From Chiloscyllium plagiosum (lineage: Eukaryota): a DNA stretch of 32,853 nt. The stretch covers positions 995,182 to 1,028,034 of the forward strand of contig NC_057757.1 in the NCBI RefSeq assembly GCF_004010195.1, written 5' to 3'. Positions 1 through 10,799 of the stretch are shown here, in pieces; the stretch's first letter is position 1; each line of letters begins with the position of its first letter. The notes under the pieces are model-generated. The model worked only from the letters and a program-made list of their open reading frames with translations. It was not told where the DNA came from and made no database searches. The position numbers and the translations under genes are program-made.

Positions 1-696
1 GTGTGTGGGTGTGTGTATTGGGGTTGGGGAATGTTGGTGTGTGTGTGTGGGTGTGAGTGTTTGTACATTGGTGCGGTGCCCTCTCTGAGCTGTAACCTTG
101 TGGATATGATGCTGGGATTTATTAGGAGGTGTATTCCTGGAACTAGTTCTCTCCTGCTGCCAGCCTCAGACTTGCTAGCTTCCTGTCAGAGGATTATAGC
201 ATCGCTGACCTTCCTGTTTAACTTGCTGAACAGGAGCAGGATGCAGGTGGGCTGCTGGACTGGTCAGTCTGTGATCAGATGATCAATAGGGTCTCTGTAA
301 TCCACCCTGTGTTCACTCGAACACACCATCAGACAGCCACCTGCGTGCTGTTGACAACAGGAAAGTGCTCAGGGTCAGGAACATGCATCCTGCCTCTAAT
401 GTACAATGGAAAAGGCAGGCTGTGTTAAAGTTGGGTCAAAGTGAGCACAGGCAAATTCAACAGTTTTGAGTGAGAACCCTCAGCCATTAGGATGGAGTTT
501 TCAGCCCAGCAAGCCTGCTTTCCCATTCACTGAGATTGTGGTTAATCTAATCCTGAACTCATTCATCCTGACTAGTAAAAATCGATTGAGTATTGATTGA
601 TATTGGCTTCTTGACCTGCAACATAATTCTGCCTGTGCTGAACGATTTCCAAACACCCCTCTCCCGTTAGCTCAAACACCTCATTTTCCCGTACTA

Positions 697-900
697 AAAA
701 TCAAATGCAGTGCAGATGCTGTAAATCCAAGGCAGAAACTGAGATTGCTGGAAAAGCTCAGCAGGTCTGGCAGCATCTGTGAGAGAGAAGGCAGAGCGAA
801 CTCTCCGGAAGGGTCACCGGACCCGAAACATTAACTCTGATTCTTCTCTTACAGATGCTGCCAGACCTGCTGAGCTTTTCCAGCAATCTCTGTTTCTGCC
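697..900. mobile_element. Palindromic Penelope-terminus-derived mini-element with degenerate hammerhead core
   Basis: Inverted arms 731-787 and 844-900 (GGCAGAAAC..GCTGGAAAAGCTCAGCAGGTCTGGCAGCATCTG and its reverse complement). Centre has GAAGGGTC-ACCG-GACCC-GAAAC (808-829). Arms are related to the terminus of the GIY-YIG element at 23322-24097. Confidence 0.75.
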
Positions 901-1340
901 TCTCGTTTTCCCGTGGTGTCCCTGCGTCTCAGACAAGCAGAGAAAGCTTATTTCGATCAACACTGTCAATTCCTTTCAAAATGCTGTAAAAGCAAATACA
1001 ATCTGATCACCCCCTAACCTCCCCATCATCACCTTTCCGTGCACTCTATGCTGACCTGTGTATGACTGTACTCTTGTGTAGTCTGTGTGTTCATATTAGC
1101 ACCTTGGTTCTGGAGGAATGTGGTCTCATTTTTACTGTACTAGCTGAATATGGCAGAAATGACAAAGGAAGTTATTCTACTCTACCAGGGGATACACACC
1201 TGACCTTGTGGGATTCTCCCCTATCTGCTCCTCACAGCCCTGGACAACATCAGCTGGTTTCTTTCATGGTCTACACATTAGTTCGGTGCTATCGTGGCCA
1301 GTTCTGTAAAGATTCACCCTGGGCCACCCTTTCCAATCTG

Positions 1341-1810
1341 AGACCGTAAGACCATAAGAACTAGGAGTGGAAGTAAGGACATTGGGCCCATTGAGTCTAT
1401 CCGCCATTCAATCACGGCTGATGGGCATTTCAGCACCACTTACCCACACTCTCCCCATATCTCTTAATTCCTTGTGAGTTTAAGAATTTATCAATCTGTT
1501 AGGCATTTAACGTCCCAGCCTCCACTGCACTCCGTGGCAATGAATTCCACTGGCCCACCACTCTCTGGCTGAAGAAATGTCTCCTTATTTCCGTTCTAAA
1601 TTGACCCCCTCTAATTCTAAGGCTGTGCCCACGAGTCCTAGTATCCCTGCCTGACGGAAACAAATTCCCAGCATCCATCCTTTCTAAGCCATGCATTATC
1701 TTGGAAGTTTCTATTAGATCTCCCCTTAATCTTCTGAACTGTAACAAATACAATCCCAGAATCCCCAGCCATTCATCATATGTTAGGCCTACCATTCCAG
1801 GGATCATCCG
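1341..1810 (-). mobile_element. CR1 LINE 3' fragment (ORF2 C-terminus and 3' UTR)
   Basis: ORF 1499-1807(-) reads RRLRGDLIET..TRGHSLRI..FFSQRVV..WNSLP, a typical CR1 ORF2 C-terminus. A short repeated tail lies near 1341-1360. Confidence 0.9.
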
Positions 1811-1923
1811 TGGAATAAGATGCTAATGTAATCAATCTTCCAGAGAGTATCATTCCATTAGTCTTTTTACTCTCCTTTTCCCAGATACCCAGGGATCCCT
1901 ACATGTGGACTACAACAGTTCCT

Positions 1924-2019
1924 ATTTCTGGATTAGTGGTGCCGGAAGAGCACAGCAGTTCAGGCAGCATCCGAGGAGCAGGAAAATCAACGTTTCGGGC
2001 AAAAGCCCTTCATTTTTAC
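1924..2019 (-). mobile_element. Short Penelope-terminus insertion with truncated hammerhead core
   Basis: Minus strand reads ATGAAGGGC-TTTT-GCCC-GAAACGTT. Flanked by CTACAACAGTTCCT (1910-1923) and CTATAATAGTTCCT (2020-2033), a probable TSD. Confidence 0.75.
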
Positions 2020-2399
2020 CTATAATAGTTCCTTACCTTGCCAGAGTTTGAGGCTCTCTCTCTCTCTCATTGAGGCAGTATTACCTGAACTGGATTAATG
2101 GGTGTTTGCAATGGGATTCAGATTCCATTATTTTCTCCACATTCTAAATTTTTCTGCCTTTATTTTGGATTATTTTTCTGTGTCTTAAGGTGGTGCTGGG
2201 GATTAGTGACATGAGACAACGTTTATCACCGTATTTTGTAACAAGATACATGTGACAATAACGAAACCAAATCTTACCAAAGTTCTTTGCTCTCAAAGGA
2301 TGGGCCCAGCCAGTGACACAGGAGAGAATTTTTAAAATAATGACCACTTGATCCAGTGATGCTTCTTTGTAAGTTTACAGACTCGTCTACAACGCTCAC

Positions 2400-2720
2400 T
2401 TATGTCCCTGATCTCCTGTGTTACTGAAGTTGGAAAAATGCTGAATAGTTGAATCCATTGCAGAAATTATTAATCATTTCTCAAGCCAACATCATGCCGG
2501 TTATCCTGTTGTTGTTCAAGTCAATCTCCAAATTAGGGCAATCATTTGTTCTCAATTCCACGGAGTTTAATTTAAGCCAACAGTCTCTCGTTTGGGAACT
2601 ACATCCGTGGGTGTTCCCTTGGCGAATGTGTTAGTTAATTCCTCGAACAATATGGTGAGGTTTGTTACAGACCTGATGCACTCTCGGTTGGTTTTCTCTG
2701 TGCATTGGACAACAAGCAAG
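2400..2720 (-). mobile_element. Highly decayed CR1 reverse-transcriptase fragment
   Basis: Minus-strand translation gives TNLTILFEELTNTFAKGTPTDVV, resembling the CR1 RT motif TNLIEFFEEVT..GRAVDVIY seen in the ORF at 3757. Many stops and frameshifts. Confidence 0.55.
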
Positions 2721-2816
2721 GTCCCAGCATTCACTCAGACTATCTGGCCATGCTGTTTCTGCCTGGCTGTATCACACTGGAGCTGTCATGGCTCTCTCTC
2801 ACTGCCAGACCTTTAT

Positions 2817-3117
2817 ATAGAATCCCCACAGTGTGGAAACAGGCGTTTCGGCCCAACAAGTCCAAACCAACCCAGCCAAACCCATCCCCTTACACTATAA
2901 CCTTGCATTTCCCATGATTGATGTACCTAACCTACAAGTCTCTGGACACTATAGCCAATCCACCCTAACCTGCACATCTTTGGACTGTGGGAGGAAACCT
3001 ACGCAGACATGGGAGAGTGTGCAAACTCCACACAGTCAGTCACCTGAGGCTGGAATTGAACCCGGGTCTCTGGCGCTGTGAGGCAGCAGTGCTAACCACC
3101 GTGCCACCGTGCTGCCC
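2817..3117 (-). mobile_element. HE1-type tRNA-derived SINE
   Basis: Minus strand has a GGGCAGCACGGTGGCACGGTGGTTAGC head (A box), a GGTTCAATTCC B box and a 3' tail TGTTTCCACACTGT shared with the CR1 3' ends. Confidence 0.9.
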
Positions 3118-3325
3118 CATTCACTGTCCTTAACAACTGATTTCACTCACCTCCTGACAGTGGACGCTCTGAGTTTCTCCCTCAGACTCTGTATTTTCCA
3201 GTCTGTTCCCCAGGACACAAACCAACCAGTGTAAGAGACAGCTTTGGTTTGTTTGGGGTAGAGCTGAAAAATGTGTTGCTGGAAAAGCGCAGCAGGTCAG
3301 GCAGCATCCAAGGAGCAGGAGAATC

Positions 3326-3353
3326 GACGTTTCGGGCATAAGCCCTTCTTCAG
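3326..3353 (-). ncRNA. Minimal hammerhead ribozyme motif (PLE type)
   Basis: Minus strand reads CUGAAGA-A-GGGC-UUAU-GCCC-GAAA-C-GUC. Confidence 0.65.
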
Positions 3354-3359
3354 GGCTTC

Positions 3360-3387
3360 CTGATGAAGGGCTTATGCCCGAAACGTC
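3360..3387 (+). ncRNA. Minimal hammerhead ribozyme motif (PLE type)
   Basis: CUGAUGA-A-GGGC-UUAU-GCCC-GAAA-C-GUC: conserved core, 4-bp helix II, palindromic ACGU helix III and a GUC cleavage triplet. Confidence 0.7.
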
Positions 3388-3619
3388 GATTCTCCTGCTC
3401 CTTAGATGCTGCCTGACCTGCTGCGCTTTTCCAGCAACACATTTTTCAGCTCCTATCTCCAGCATCTGCAGTCCTCACTTTCTCCTTTGTTTGGGTAGAG
3501 TCAAACTCCAATGTTTGTTCGTTTCCTTGACATACTACTGTATAGAACCAAACTGTGTTTGTACTGGGTATATATACAAAGGGACTTTTTATGAATCAAG
3601 TATAAAATTTTTTAAAATC

Positions 3620-3750
3620 CTCACCGAGCCAGACATCGACTGCGCCTGGAGGACATCAACCCGATGAAAGATGCTCTTCAGTCTGTCTGGAACCTGTCGG
3701 TCTTCCAAGGCAAGGAGTTAATCCTGACCAGGTATTGTTGACTGGCACGT
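3620..3750 (+). mobile_element. Probable Tx1/L1-clade LINE ORF2 C-terminal remnant (left part)
   Basis: Reads TEPDIDCAWR/INPMKDALQSVWNLSVFQGKELILTRYC*LA and continues in register at 5345. Family assignment is from recall. Confidence 0.55.
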
Positions 3751-5228
3751 AAGGATATGGAAGATACAGACTGTAGGGAAATAGATGGTGACATCTTGCA
3801 AAATGTTCAGATTACAGAGGAGCAAGTGCTGGATGTCTTGAAACAGTTAAAGGTGGATAAATCCCCAGGACCTGATCAGATGTCCCCAAGAACTCTGTGG
3901 GAAGCTAGAGAAGTGATTGCTGGGCCTCTTGCTGAGATATTTGTATCATCGATAGTCACAGGTGAGATGCCGGAAGACTGGAGGTTGGCAAACGTGATGC
4001 CACTGTTTAAGAAGGGCGGTAAAGACAAGCCAGGGAAGTACAGACCGGTGAGCCTGACCTCGGTGGTGGGCAAGTTGTTGGAGGGAATCCTGAGGGACAG
4101 GATGTACATGTATTTGGAAAGACAAGGACTGATGAGGGACAGTCAACATGGCTTTGTGTGTGGGAATTTATGTCTCACAAACTTGATTGAGTTTTTTGAA
4201 GAAGTAACAAAGAGGATTAATGAGGGCAGAGCAGTAGATGTGATCTATATGGACTTCAGTAAGGCGTTCGACAAGGTTCCCCATGGGAGNNNNNNNNNNN
4301 NNNNNNNNNNNNNNNNNNNNNNNNNNNNNNNNNNNNNNNNNNNNNNNNNNNNNNNNNNNNNNNNNNNNNNNNNNNNNNNNNNNNNNNNNNNNNNNNNNNN
4401 NNNNNNNNNNNNNNNNNNNNNNNNNNNNNNNNNNNNNNNNNNNNNNNNNNNNNNNNNNNNNNNNNNNNNNNNNNNNNNNNNNNNNNNNNNNNNNNNNNNN
4501 NNNNNNNNNNNNNNNNNNNNNNNNNNNNNNNNNNNNNNNNNNNNNNNNNNNNNNNNNNNNNNNNNNNNNNNNNNNNNNNNNNNNNNNNNNNNNNNNNNNN
4601 NNNNNCCTTTATTGGTCAGAGTATTGAGTACAGGAGTTGGGAGGTCATGTTGCGGCTGTACAGGACATTGGTTAGGCCACTGTTGGAATATTGCGTGCAA
4701 TTCTGGTCTCCTTTCTATCGGAAAGATGTTGTGAAACTTGAAAGGGTTCAGAAAAGATTTACAAGGATGTTGCCAGAGTTGGAGGATCTGATCTACAGGG
4801 ATAGGCTGAACAGTCAGGGGCTGTTTTCCCTGGAGCGTCAGAAGCTGAGGGGTGACCTTATAGAGGTTTACAAAATTATGAGGGGCATGCATAGGATAAA
4901 TAGGCAAAGTCTTTTCCCTGGAGTGTGGGAGTCGAACTAGAGGGCATAGGTTTAGGGTGAGAGGGGAAAGATATAAGAGACCTAAGGGGCAACATTTTCA
5001 TGCAGAGGGTAGTATGTGTATGGAATGAGCTGCCAGAGGATGTGGTGGAGGCTGGTACAGTTGCAACATTTAAGAGGCATTTGGATGGGTATATGAATAG
5101 GAAGAGTTTGGAGGGATATGGGCCGGGTGCTGGCAGGTGGGACTAGATCGGGTTGGGATATCTGGTCGGTGTGGACGGGTTGGATCGAAGGGGCTGTTTC
5201 CATGCTGTACATCTCTATGACTCAATGA
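3751..5228 (+). mobile_element. Young CR1 (HER1-like) LINE, 5'-truncated; RT domain, C-terminus and 3' UTR (gap inside)
   Basis: Contains KSPGPD, YRPVSLTSVVGKLLE, QHGF, DVIYMDFSKAFDKVPH and LVRPLLEYCVQFWSP motifs. Ends in a CTCTATGA-type tail. Confidence 0.95.
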
Positions 5229-5231
5229 CAT

Positions 5232-5344
5232 GCCTGATAGAGGGTCACAACCCGAAATGTTGACTTCCTCACTTGCTGATGCTGCCTGGCTTGCTGTGTT
5301 TTTCCAGCAAATTGTGGATTCCTGCAGCTGCATTGATTATGTTT
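5232..5344 (+). mobile_element. Decayed Penelope terminus with degenerate hammerhead core
   Basis: CTGATAGA-GGGT-CACA-ACCC-GAAATGTT followed by GATGCTGCCTGGCTTGCTGTGTTTTTCCAGC, homologous to the other termini. Confidence 0.65.
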
Positions 5345-5440
5345 CTGGCACATTCTGAGACCAAGGACGACGTGCAGAGGGGAACTCTGAGGCTTGGGGC
5401 AGCTGGTGTGGAGGTGCAGTGGGGAAAGATCACTGTCTGA
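5345..5440 (+). mobile_element. Probable Tx1/L1-clade remnant (right part, to stop codon)
   Basis: Reads LAHSETKDDVQRGTLRLGAAGVEVQWGKITV*. Begins with CTGGCACAT, which duplicates CTGGCACGT at 3742-3750. Confidence 0.5.
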
Positions 5441-5619
5441 GATCTTTCTGCTAAAGTATAACGAGGGTCTGTTAAATTTTGAGACACCCTCATAGCCTTC
5501 ATGGGAAGGTAAATTATTTTCTTTTGTGTTTAGAAAATGCTTTTTCTGTGCGATTAGATTGAAGCACTAATGAGCAATGTCAAAATTCAGCTGCATGTTT
5601 TTCAATGTCTGCACAGAGA

Positions 5620-6068
5620 GTCAGTACTGAGGGAGTGTCACACCACCGGAGGGTCAGTACTGAGGGAGTGTCACACCACCGGAGGGTCAGTACTGAGGGA
5701 GTGTCACACCACCGGAGGGTCAGTACTGATGGAGTGTCACACCACCGGAGGGTCAGTACTGATGGAGTGTCACACCACCGGAGGGTCAGTGCTGAGGGAG
5801 TGTCACACCACCGGAGGGTCAGTACTGAGGGAGTGTCACACCACCGGAGGGTCACAGTGCTGAGGGAGTGCTGCACTGTCGGAGGGTCAGCACTGAGGGA
5901 GTGCCGCATTGTCGGAGGGTCAGCGCTGAGGGAGCGCCGCATTGTCGAAGGGTCAGCGCTGAGGGAGCACCGCACTGTCGGAGGGTCAGTGCTGAAGGAG
6001 CGCCGTACTGTCGGATGGTCAGTGCTGAGGGAGTGGGCACTGTTGGAGGGTCAGTGCTGAGGGAGTGG
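5620..6068. repeat. 33-bp minisatellite, about 13-14 copies
   Basis: Unit GTCAGTACTGAGGGAGTGTCACACCACCGGAGG, giving 11-aa periodicity in the ORF track. Confidence 0.95.
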
Positions 6069-6288
6069 GTATGTGACACTCCACACGGGGTGTGTGGAAC
6101 CTGTGAACCATATCATTCATCCTTCACAGGTTTTGAACATGATGTAACGCCCAGAAACGCATTAAATAAGTTCTGCTGCAATTCATACCTCAGGTCATAG
6201 ACACGAATGTGGTCCTGTACTGCCCCCTCCAGGTCGGTGAATTATTGCATGAAAGTCCTGTGTCTGACCACCTCCACCTCCACAATGA

Positions 6289-6370
6289 TCTGATGAAGGA
6301 GCAGTGTTCTGAAAGCTCGGGCTTCCAAATAAACCTGTCAGACTATAACCAGGTGTTGTGTGAATTTTAA
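6289..6370 (+). mobile_element. Second-family Penelope-like terminus with hammerhead core
   Basis: CUGAUGA-A-GGAGC-AGU-GUUCU-GAAA-G-CUC (6290-6318) followed by AATAAA (6328-6333). Confidence 0.6.
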
Positions 6371-6452
6371 GGATGAAAGTTGAACACTGTTCCTGCAGCT
6401 TGACTGACAGTGTCTCATTTAACTTGTCGTCAGCATTTATGATAAAACGTCA

Positions 6453-6948
6453 TGTGTGTGGGACTGTTCCCCAGTGAGAGTCTGTGTGTGTGTGGGACTG
6501 TCCCCCAGTGAGTGTCTGTGTGTGTGCGTGGAACTGTACCCCAGTGAGTCTGTGTGTGTGCGTGGGACTGTACCCCAGTGAGAGTCTGTGTCTGTGTGTG
6601 TGGGACTGTCCCCCAGTGAGAGTCTGTGTGTGTGTGTGTGGGACTGTACCCCAGTGAGAGTCAGTGTGTGTGTGTGGGACTGTACCCCAGTGAGAGTCTG
6701 TGTGTGTGTGTGGGACTGTACCCAGTGAGAGTCTGTGTGTGTGTGTGTGGGACTGTACCCAGTGAGAGTCTGTGTGTGTTTGTGGGACTGTACCCCAGTG
6801 AGAGTCTATGTGTGTGTGTGGGACTGTACCCCAGTGAGAGTCAGTGTGTGTGTGTGTGGGACTGTACCCAGTGAGAGTCTGTGTGTTGGGGGGCGGGGGG
6901 GGAGGGGCGGTACCCCAATGAGAGTCAGTGTGGAGCTGTACCCCAGGG
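6453..6948. repeat. ~32-42-bp minisatellite with variable (GT)n tract
   Basis: Unit GGGACTGTACCCCAGTGAGAGTCT(GT)n, the reverse complement of the family at 25242-27387. Confidence 0.95.
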
Positions 6949-7479
6949 TGTTTAAGTTTTGCATGATTCCATTTGGTAAAGAACATTTTATTAATGAATG
7001 TCTCCAGTTTTAACAAAGAACATTGATCTGGGGTTGGTTCAGGCTATGTGGAAGTCTGCTATATCTGCGTGAGGGTGCACTGATTTGAATCTCTCTCTCC
7101 ACTCACTGCCTAACCTCTATGTAGCTGACACTTTTCCAAGCACTCTGTCTCTCTCATTTTCTTCCTTTCCCTGTTTCCCAGCCTGTTGTGACTTGTGCTG
7201 GTAATTGCTGCCAACCGTATCTGTAATTCAAGGTTCGTATTTACAAACAGCCGTGGATAAGTGGTGGGGAGTTGGCCTTCACTTTCAGTGAATGGTTCTT
7301 TATCAGCAGGTGCTTTCTGCACACAGTGCTGTCCCAACATTGCTGAGCAGTACCGCTGGCATTCACCAGATCAATACTGCCCAGGAAGACAGCTGGAATC
7401 ATGGGACATCCAGACTCATTTATTTCCCGTGTCCATTTCCTCCCTGGGACAAAATGCATTTGGAAAAAGAGCAAATAAT

Positions 7480-7636
7480 TAGGTCATTGTTTTGGTGCCA
7501 ATTGTGGGATCTTGCTGTGCACCATCGTATTTCCTGCCACAGTAGCTGCACCTCGAAAAAGAAACTTCATTCTGTGTCGATTGCTCTCAGGAACGTCCCG
7601 TGGACGTGACGGGTGCTACGGAAATGCAAAGTTCTT
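7480..7636 (+). mobile_element. Decayed L2/Deu-SINE-like 3' tail
   Basis: GTGGGATCTTGCTGTGCAC...GTGCTACGGAAATGCAAAGTTCTT. The same motif recurs at 27633-27651. Family assignment is from recall. Confidence 0.45.
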
Positions 7637-7829
7637 CCATTCTCTCGTCTTATCTCCTGCTGACCCCGCTCCCAGCTGTCAGGCCATTGCTGTTTGATAG
7701 GTTGTCCACTAGGAGGCAGCGGCCTGTAGGGTTGGGTCCCAGTAAAGGAGGTTACGGAGCCTGATGTTTGAGTGAGGCTCTGAGGGACGGAGGCACTGAT
7801 AAGCCAAGGATTGATTTGCTGCTGTGCTC

Positions 7830-9170
7830 ACTGGGAACACTGAAGCGAAGGACCTATTCAGTTCCTCTGCCATGTCTTTGCTCCCCATTACAACGTCTCC
7901 AGGACTTTTTCCCAGCAGCCCAATGTCCACTTTTGCCTCCCTTTTATATATATCTAATTAACTCTTGCAATATTTAAAAAATGTTAGGAGCTAGCTTACT
8001 CTCAAATTTCATCTTCTGCCCCACCCCCAGCCCCTGCTGGTTTTTAAAGGCTTCCCACTCACTTTTCACTGTCTTGTGTGCTTTCTCCCTTTGCTTTTGG
8101 AAACTATTATCGAACCAATCTGCTCAGAGATGTTATTGTACCCCTCTAGAACAGGTGGGCCTCCTGGGTCAAAGTTAGGGATACTACCACCTCATGTTTC
8201 TGCTGTCCCTGACTTCCCTTGTCAGCCATGTTTGCCTGGCCCTCCATGTACCATGCTTATTCATCCTGGGGATGAATTTCTGCAGTGCCCCTGTGATAAC
8301 CACTAGAATTCCCTACCGTTGCTGCTCCAATGTCCTCCCCTGCCCGGATCCCCTTCCAATCAACACTGGCCCGCTCTTCCCTCATGTATTCCCTTTATTT
8401 AACTGTAATCCCGTTACATCTGACTCCAGCTCCTTGCTCTCAAACTACAGGGTGAATTCTGTCACATGGTGGTCACTGCCCCCTTGGGGTTCTCTCATCT
8501 TTAGCTCCCAATTCCAGTGCACTGCCTCAGTGCACATCACCAAATCCGGAACGGCCTAGCTCCCCTCCTGGGCTCCACCACAAACTGCTCCAAATACAAA
8601 ACAAAATTGTAGATATTCCACAAATTCCTTTTCCTGAGGTCCGCTCCCAGTCTGATTTACCCCGTCTCCCTGCATATTGAAGACCCCTGGGATTATTGTA
8701 ATGGTGCCTTACTTACCCGTCTTTTCAAGGTCCGACTTATTTTTTGTCCCGCATCCTGACTAATGCTCGGAGGCCTGTGCAAAACTTGCATCACAGCCTT
8801 TTTCCCTTTGCGGTTCCTTAACTCTACTATCTGGTCGGCATGGACGGGTTGGACTGAAGGGTCTGTTTCCATGCTGTACATCTCTATGACCCTACCCACA
8901 CAGATTCTACACCTACTGACCGTATATCCCTCTTGCTATCGATTTAATTTTATTTCTTCCTCACACAACAATACCCACGCCCTCTGCCTGTCCTTTCGAC
9001 GGGACATGTATCCTTGGGTATTTCGCTCCCAGCCCTGATCCCATTGCAGACATGTCTCTGTGATACCCACAACACGGTATCTCTGCCTCTTTCAATCTGC
9101 GTTACAAACTCATGTACCTTGGTTCGTTTACTGTGTGCATTTAAGTACAACACCCTCAGTCCTGTGTTGA
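7830..9170 (-). mobile_element. Old CR1 LINE, ORF2 N-terminal (APE endonuclease) to mid region
   Basis: LYLNAHSKRTKVHEFVTQIE (APE start) at 9153 and DMAEELNRSFASVF near 7850. Interrupted by a short + strand CR1 3' end at 8828-8890. Confidence 0.8.
8828..8890 (+). mobile_element. Extremely 5'-truncated young CR1/HER1 3' end
   Basis: TATCTGGTCGGCATGGACGGGTTGGACTGAAGGGTCTGTTTCCATGCTGTACATCTCTATGAC is nearly identical to 5159-5221. Confidence 0.85.
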
Positions 9171-9183
9171 TGGGCCCTTCTCA

Positions 9184-9278
9184 GAGCTGAGAGTGTGTTG
9201 CTGGAAAAGCACAGCAGGTCAGGCAGCATCCGAGGAGCAGGGGAATCAATGTTTCGGAAACAAGCCCTTCATCAGGAA
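9184..9278 (-). mobile_element. Short Penelope-terminus insertion with hammerhead core
   Basis: Minus strand reads CTGATGAAGGGCTTGTTTCCGAAACATT (9248-9275). TSD GGGCCCTTCTCA (9172-9183) / GGGTCCTTCTCA (9279-9290). Confidence 0.75.
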
Positions 9279-9869
9279 GGGTCCTTCTCACGGTTGTCCC
9301 CTCATCTGCTGCGCCTGTAGGTCGATTCTGGATCCTCGTCTGATTACTCAGGAGGGTTCCTGGGCTGCATCTCGCCCGCTCTGACCACTTTTCTTTCTGC
9401 TTTTTTTTTTAACTGGTTTCTCTTCTCGGACTTTCCGGAGGGAGCTGGGTGGGAATGGCCAAGGCGGTGAGTTTTGGAAGTTGGCCGCGAGGTGGCTGGT
9501 GTACCTGGGCAGAACTGTGGTGCTTTTTCCAGGACCAGGGTGGCACCAGAGAGGGACTTCAGCAGGAGGAGACAGGCCAGGGTCACACAAGAGCAAAGTC
9601 ACTCCTTTTATGAGGAGTGTGAACCGAGGCATTGACAGACTGTGGTGTTAAACTGCTAATGGCATCTCTTTGATCCTCAACCTTTTAGTAAGAAGGACAG
9701 TAATGTTGAACTTGTTAACTTTGTTTTCCTTAGATTTCCGCTTTGTACCTAAGATTCTGTACTTTGGTACGTTATAAGTGGCAATCTATAGACTTTTCAC
9801 TGTATTCACGTGACAATAAACTGAATTCAATTCAATTCATGATCAGAAAACTTGCACAATTGTAACTGC

Positions 9870-10238
9870 AAAAGTGAGGACTGCAGATGCTGGAGATCAG
9901 AGTCTAGATTAGAGTGGTGCTGGTAAAGCACAGCAGGTCAGGCAGCATCCGAGGAGCAGGAAAATCAATGTTTCGGGCAAAAGCCCTTCATCAGGAATAG
10001 AGGCAGGGTGCCTGCAGTGGAGGCACCTGGATCCCCTCCCCTATTCACCCATTGTACTCTTTGCTACCTTCCCCCACCCCCACTCACCTATTGTACTCTA
10101 TGCTACTTTCTCCCCACCCCCACCTCACTTATCTCTCCACTGCTGGCACCCTACCTCTATTCCTGATGAAGGGCTTTTGCCCGAAAGGTCAATTTTCCTG
10201 CTGCTTGGATGCTGCCTGACCTGCTGAGCTTTTCCAGC
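9870..10238. mobile_element. Inverted-repeat Penelope-derived element with two hammerhead cores
   Basis: Arms ~9919-10020 and ~10138-10238. Cores at 9967-9994(-) and 10163-10190(+). The C/T-rich centre resembles a PLE 3' region. Confidence 0.8.
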
Positions 10239-10289
10239 CGTTTAACTGTTTCCATAATTCTCCATGCAACCAAACTCCCTCCCTCACCA

Positions 10290-10635
10290 CTTAACTAGTT
10301 TAAAGCCTTATCCCGAGCCCCAGTTAAGAGATTAACCAGGACCCTAGTCCCAGCAGGCTTCAGATGGAGCTTGAACCATCAGACTCAGCTCCCATCTTCC
10401 CCAATGCCGGTGCCAATGTCTCATGAATTCAAACCCGTTTCCCCCACACCAACCTTTCAGCCACACATTTACCTCTTTAATCTTGTTGACCCTGTGTCAA
10501 GTTGCTCCTGGCTCAGGTAGTAATCTGAAAATGAATACCTTTCTGGATCTGCTTTTCAATTTAGCCCAAGCAGCTTGTATTTCCTCAGCAGAACCTCTTG
10601 CCACTGATACTGTAGGTACATACTTGGCCCACAGT
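10290..10635 (-). mobile_element. CR1 ORF1 remnant (SGNH/esterase-like domain)
   Basis: Minus-strand EVLLRKYKLLG segment and downstream sequence are homologous to the ORF1 at 20506-20760. Probably the same old element as 7830-9170. Confidence 0.7.
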
Positions 10636-10659
10636 CCACAACAAGAGTCACTGGACTTG

Positions 10660-10752
10660 AAAGGTTAATATTACTTCTGTCTCCACAGACGTTGCCAAAC
10701 CTGCTGAGTTTCTCCAGCATTCTCTGCTTTTTATTCCAGATCTCCAGCATTC
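10660..10752 (+). mobile_element. Decayed Penelope terminus fragment
   Basis: ACAGACGTTGCCAAACCTGCTGAGTTTCTCCAGCA..AGATCTCCAGCAT, homologous to 851-900. Confidence 0.6.
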
Positions 10753-10799
10753 ACAAAATTTTTCTTTGATACAATTTCTGTAAATAACTTGGACAAAGA

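Larger units (their letters stand above)
3264..3485. mobile_element. Palindromic Penelope-derived mini-element carrying two divergent hammerhead cores
   Basis: Near-perfect ~94-bp inverted arms 3261-3354 and 3359-3452. Flanks TTTGTTTGGGGTAGAG (3248-3263) and TTTGTTTGGGTAGAG (3486-3500) form a TSD with a 1-nt indel. Confidence 0.85.

Noticed and set aside
1..330. 93-aa ORF or possible exon at the window start
   Set aside because: It starts in GT-rich low-complexity sequence and has no recognisable motif; the minus-strand frames I checked contain stops.
5570..7016. Repetitive His/Thr/Cys-rich ORFs
   Set aside because: They are minisatellite translations.
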